Both the position numbers and the translations under genes were made by a program. A model generated the notes under the pieces. It searched no databases. It saw only the letters and a program-made list of their open reading frames with translations, and was not told the DNA's origin. This document shows, one piece after another, positions 16,899-16,998 of a stretch of DNA of 16,998 nt. Numbering within the stretch: position 1 is the first letter of the stretch; each line of letters begins with the position of its first letter. Location of the stretch: assembly GCA_046538485.1 (NCBI GenBank), contig JBKHIT010000080.1, positions 1 through 16,998 on the forward strand, written 5' to 3'. This stretch comes from Candidatus Brocadiia bacterium. Lineage in GTDB: Bacteria; Planctomycetota; Brocadiia; SM23-32.

Positions 16899-16947
16899 AT
16901 GAGGGAGATCAATTCATCGGGCAACAGGGGTTTCACATTGATCGAGC
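16899..16947 (+). CDS. 5' part (exon 1) of a prepilin-type N-terminal cleavage/methylation protein gene, interrupted
   Basis: GGAGG (16890-16894), then ATG AGG GAG ATC AAT TCA TCG GGC AAC AGG GGT TTC ACA TTG ATC GAG C = MREINSSGNRGFTLIE plus the first base of a possible Leu codon. The expected hydrophobic helix is missing, and read-through stops at TAA 16959-16961. Confidence 0.75.
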
Positions 16948-16998
16948 GTGTGCCCAGTTAAGGCTGGGTAAACTTGTTGGGTGTAAGTCCCAATCGTA
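16948..16998 (+). mobile_element. Probable 5' end of a group II intron (runs off the window)
   Basis: Begins GTGTG (GUGYG consensus) plus CCC exactly at the break. It contains the hairpin TTGGG-TGTAAGT-CCCAA (16977-16993), the GGG-UGNRA-GU-CCC motif of proximal domain I. Only 51 nt are visible. Confidence 0.65.

Noticed and set aside
16337..16936. ORFs 16337..16936 and 16483..16887 (minus strand)
   Set aside because: They run through the palindromic repeats and the plus-strand promoter. Peptide identity with the 1086..1592 ORF (ERTGLQPEAGVQNA) is just the DNA repeat.
16899..16961. Stand-alone 20-aa peptide or leader peptide MREINSSGNRGFTLIERVPS
   Set aside because: The GFTLIE motif without its hydrophobic helix, plus a GUGYG start exactly at the break, fits an interrupted gene better.

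Overview
Bacterial DNA, moderately GC-rich, with a gene set typical of PVC-superphylum (Planctomycetota/Lentisphaerae-like) carbohydrate degraders (taxonomy is inference). There are eight full-length CDS: a BNR/sialidase-like propeller (227-1231), a propeller plus PHP metallohydrolase on the minus strand (1780-4035), a four-gene plus-strand operon (epimerase/Zn-dehydrogenase fusion, two DUF4838 proteins, an alpha-L-fucosidase-like hydrolase; 5315-14004), and a convergent pair (URO-D family plus a hypothetical; 14087-15987). A probable GH127 3' remnant lies at about 4180-4467. The intergenic regions are mosaics of palindromic elements: a ~98-bp MITE-like element, several REP-like families, a composite repeat present in three regions, and a 218-bp palindrome. 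The most notable signal is absent from the ORF track. At the right edge, a gene with its own promoter and RBS starts MREINSSGNRGFTLIE (prepilin cleavage/methylation motif). It breaks one base into the next codon, where a sequence resembling a group II intron 5' end begins (GTGTGCCC...GGGTGTAAGTCCC). All family assignments come from motif recognition by eye; no searches were run.
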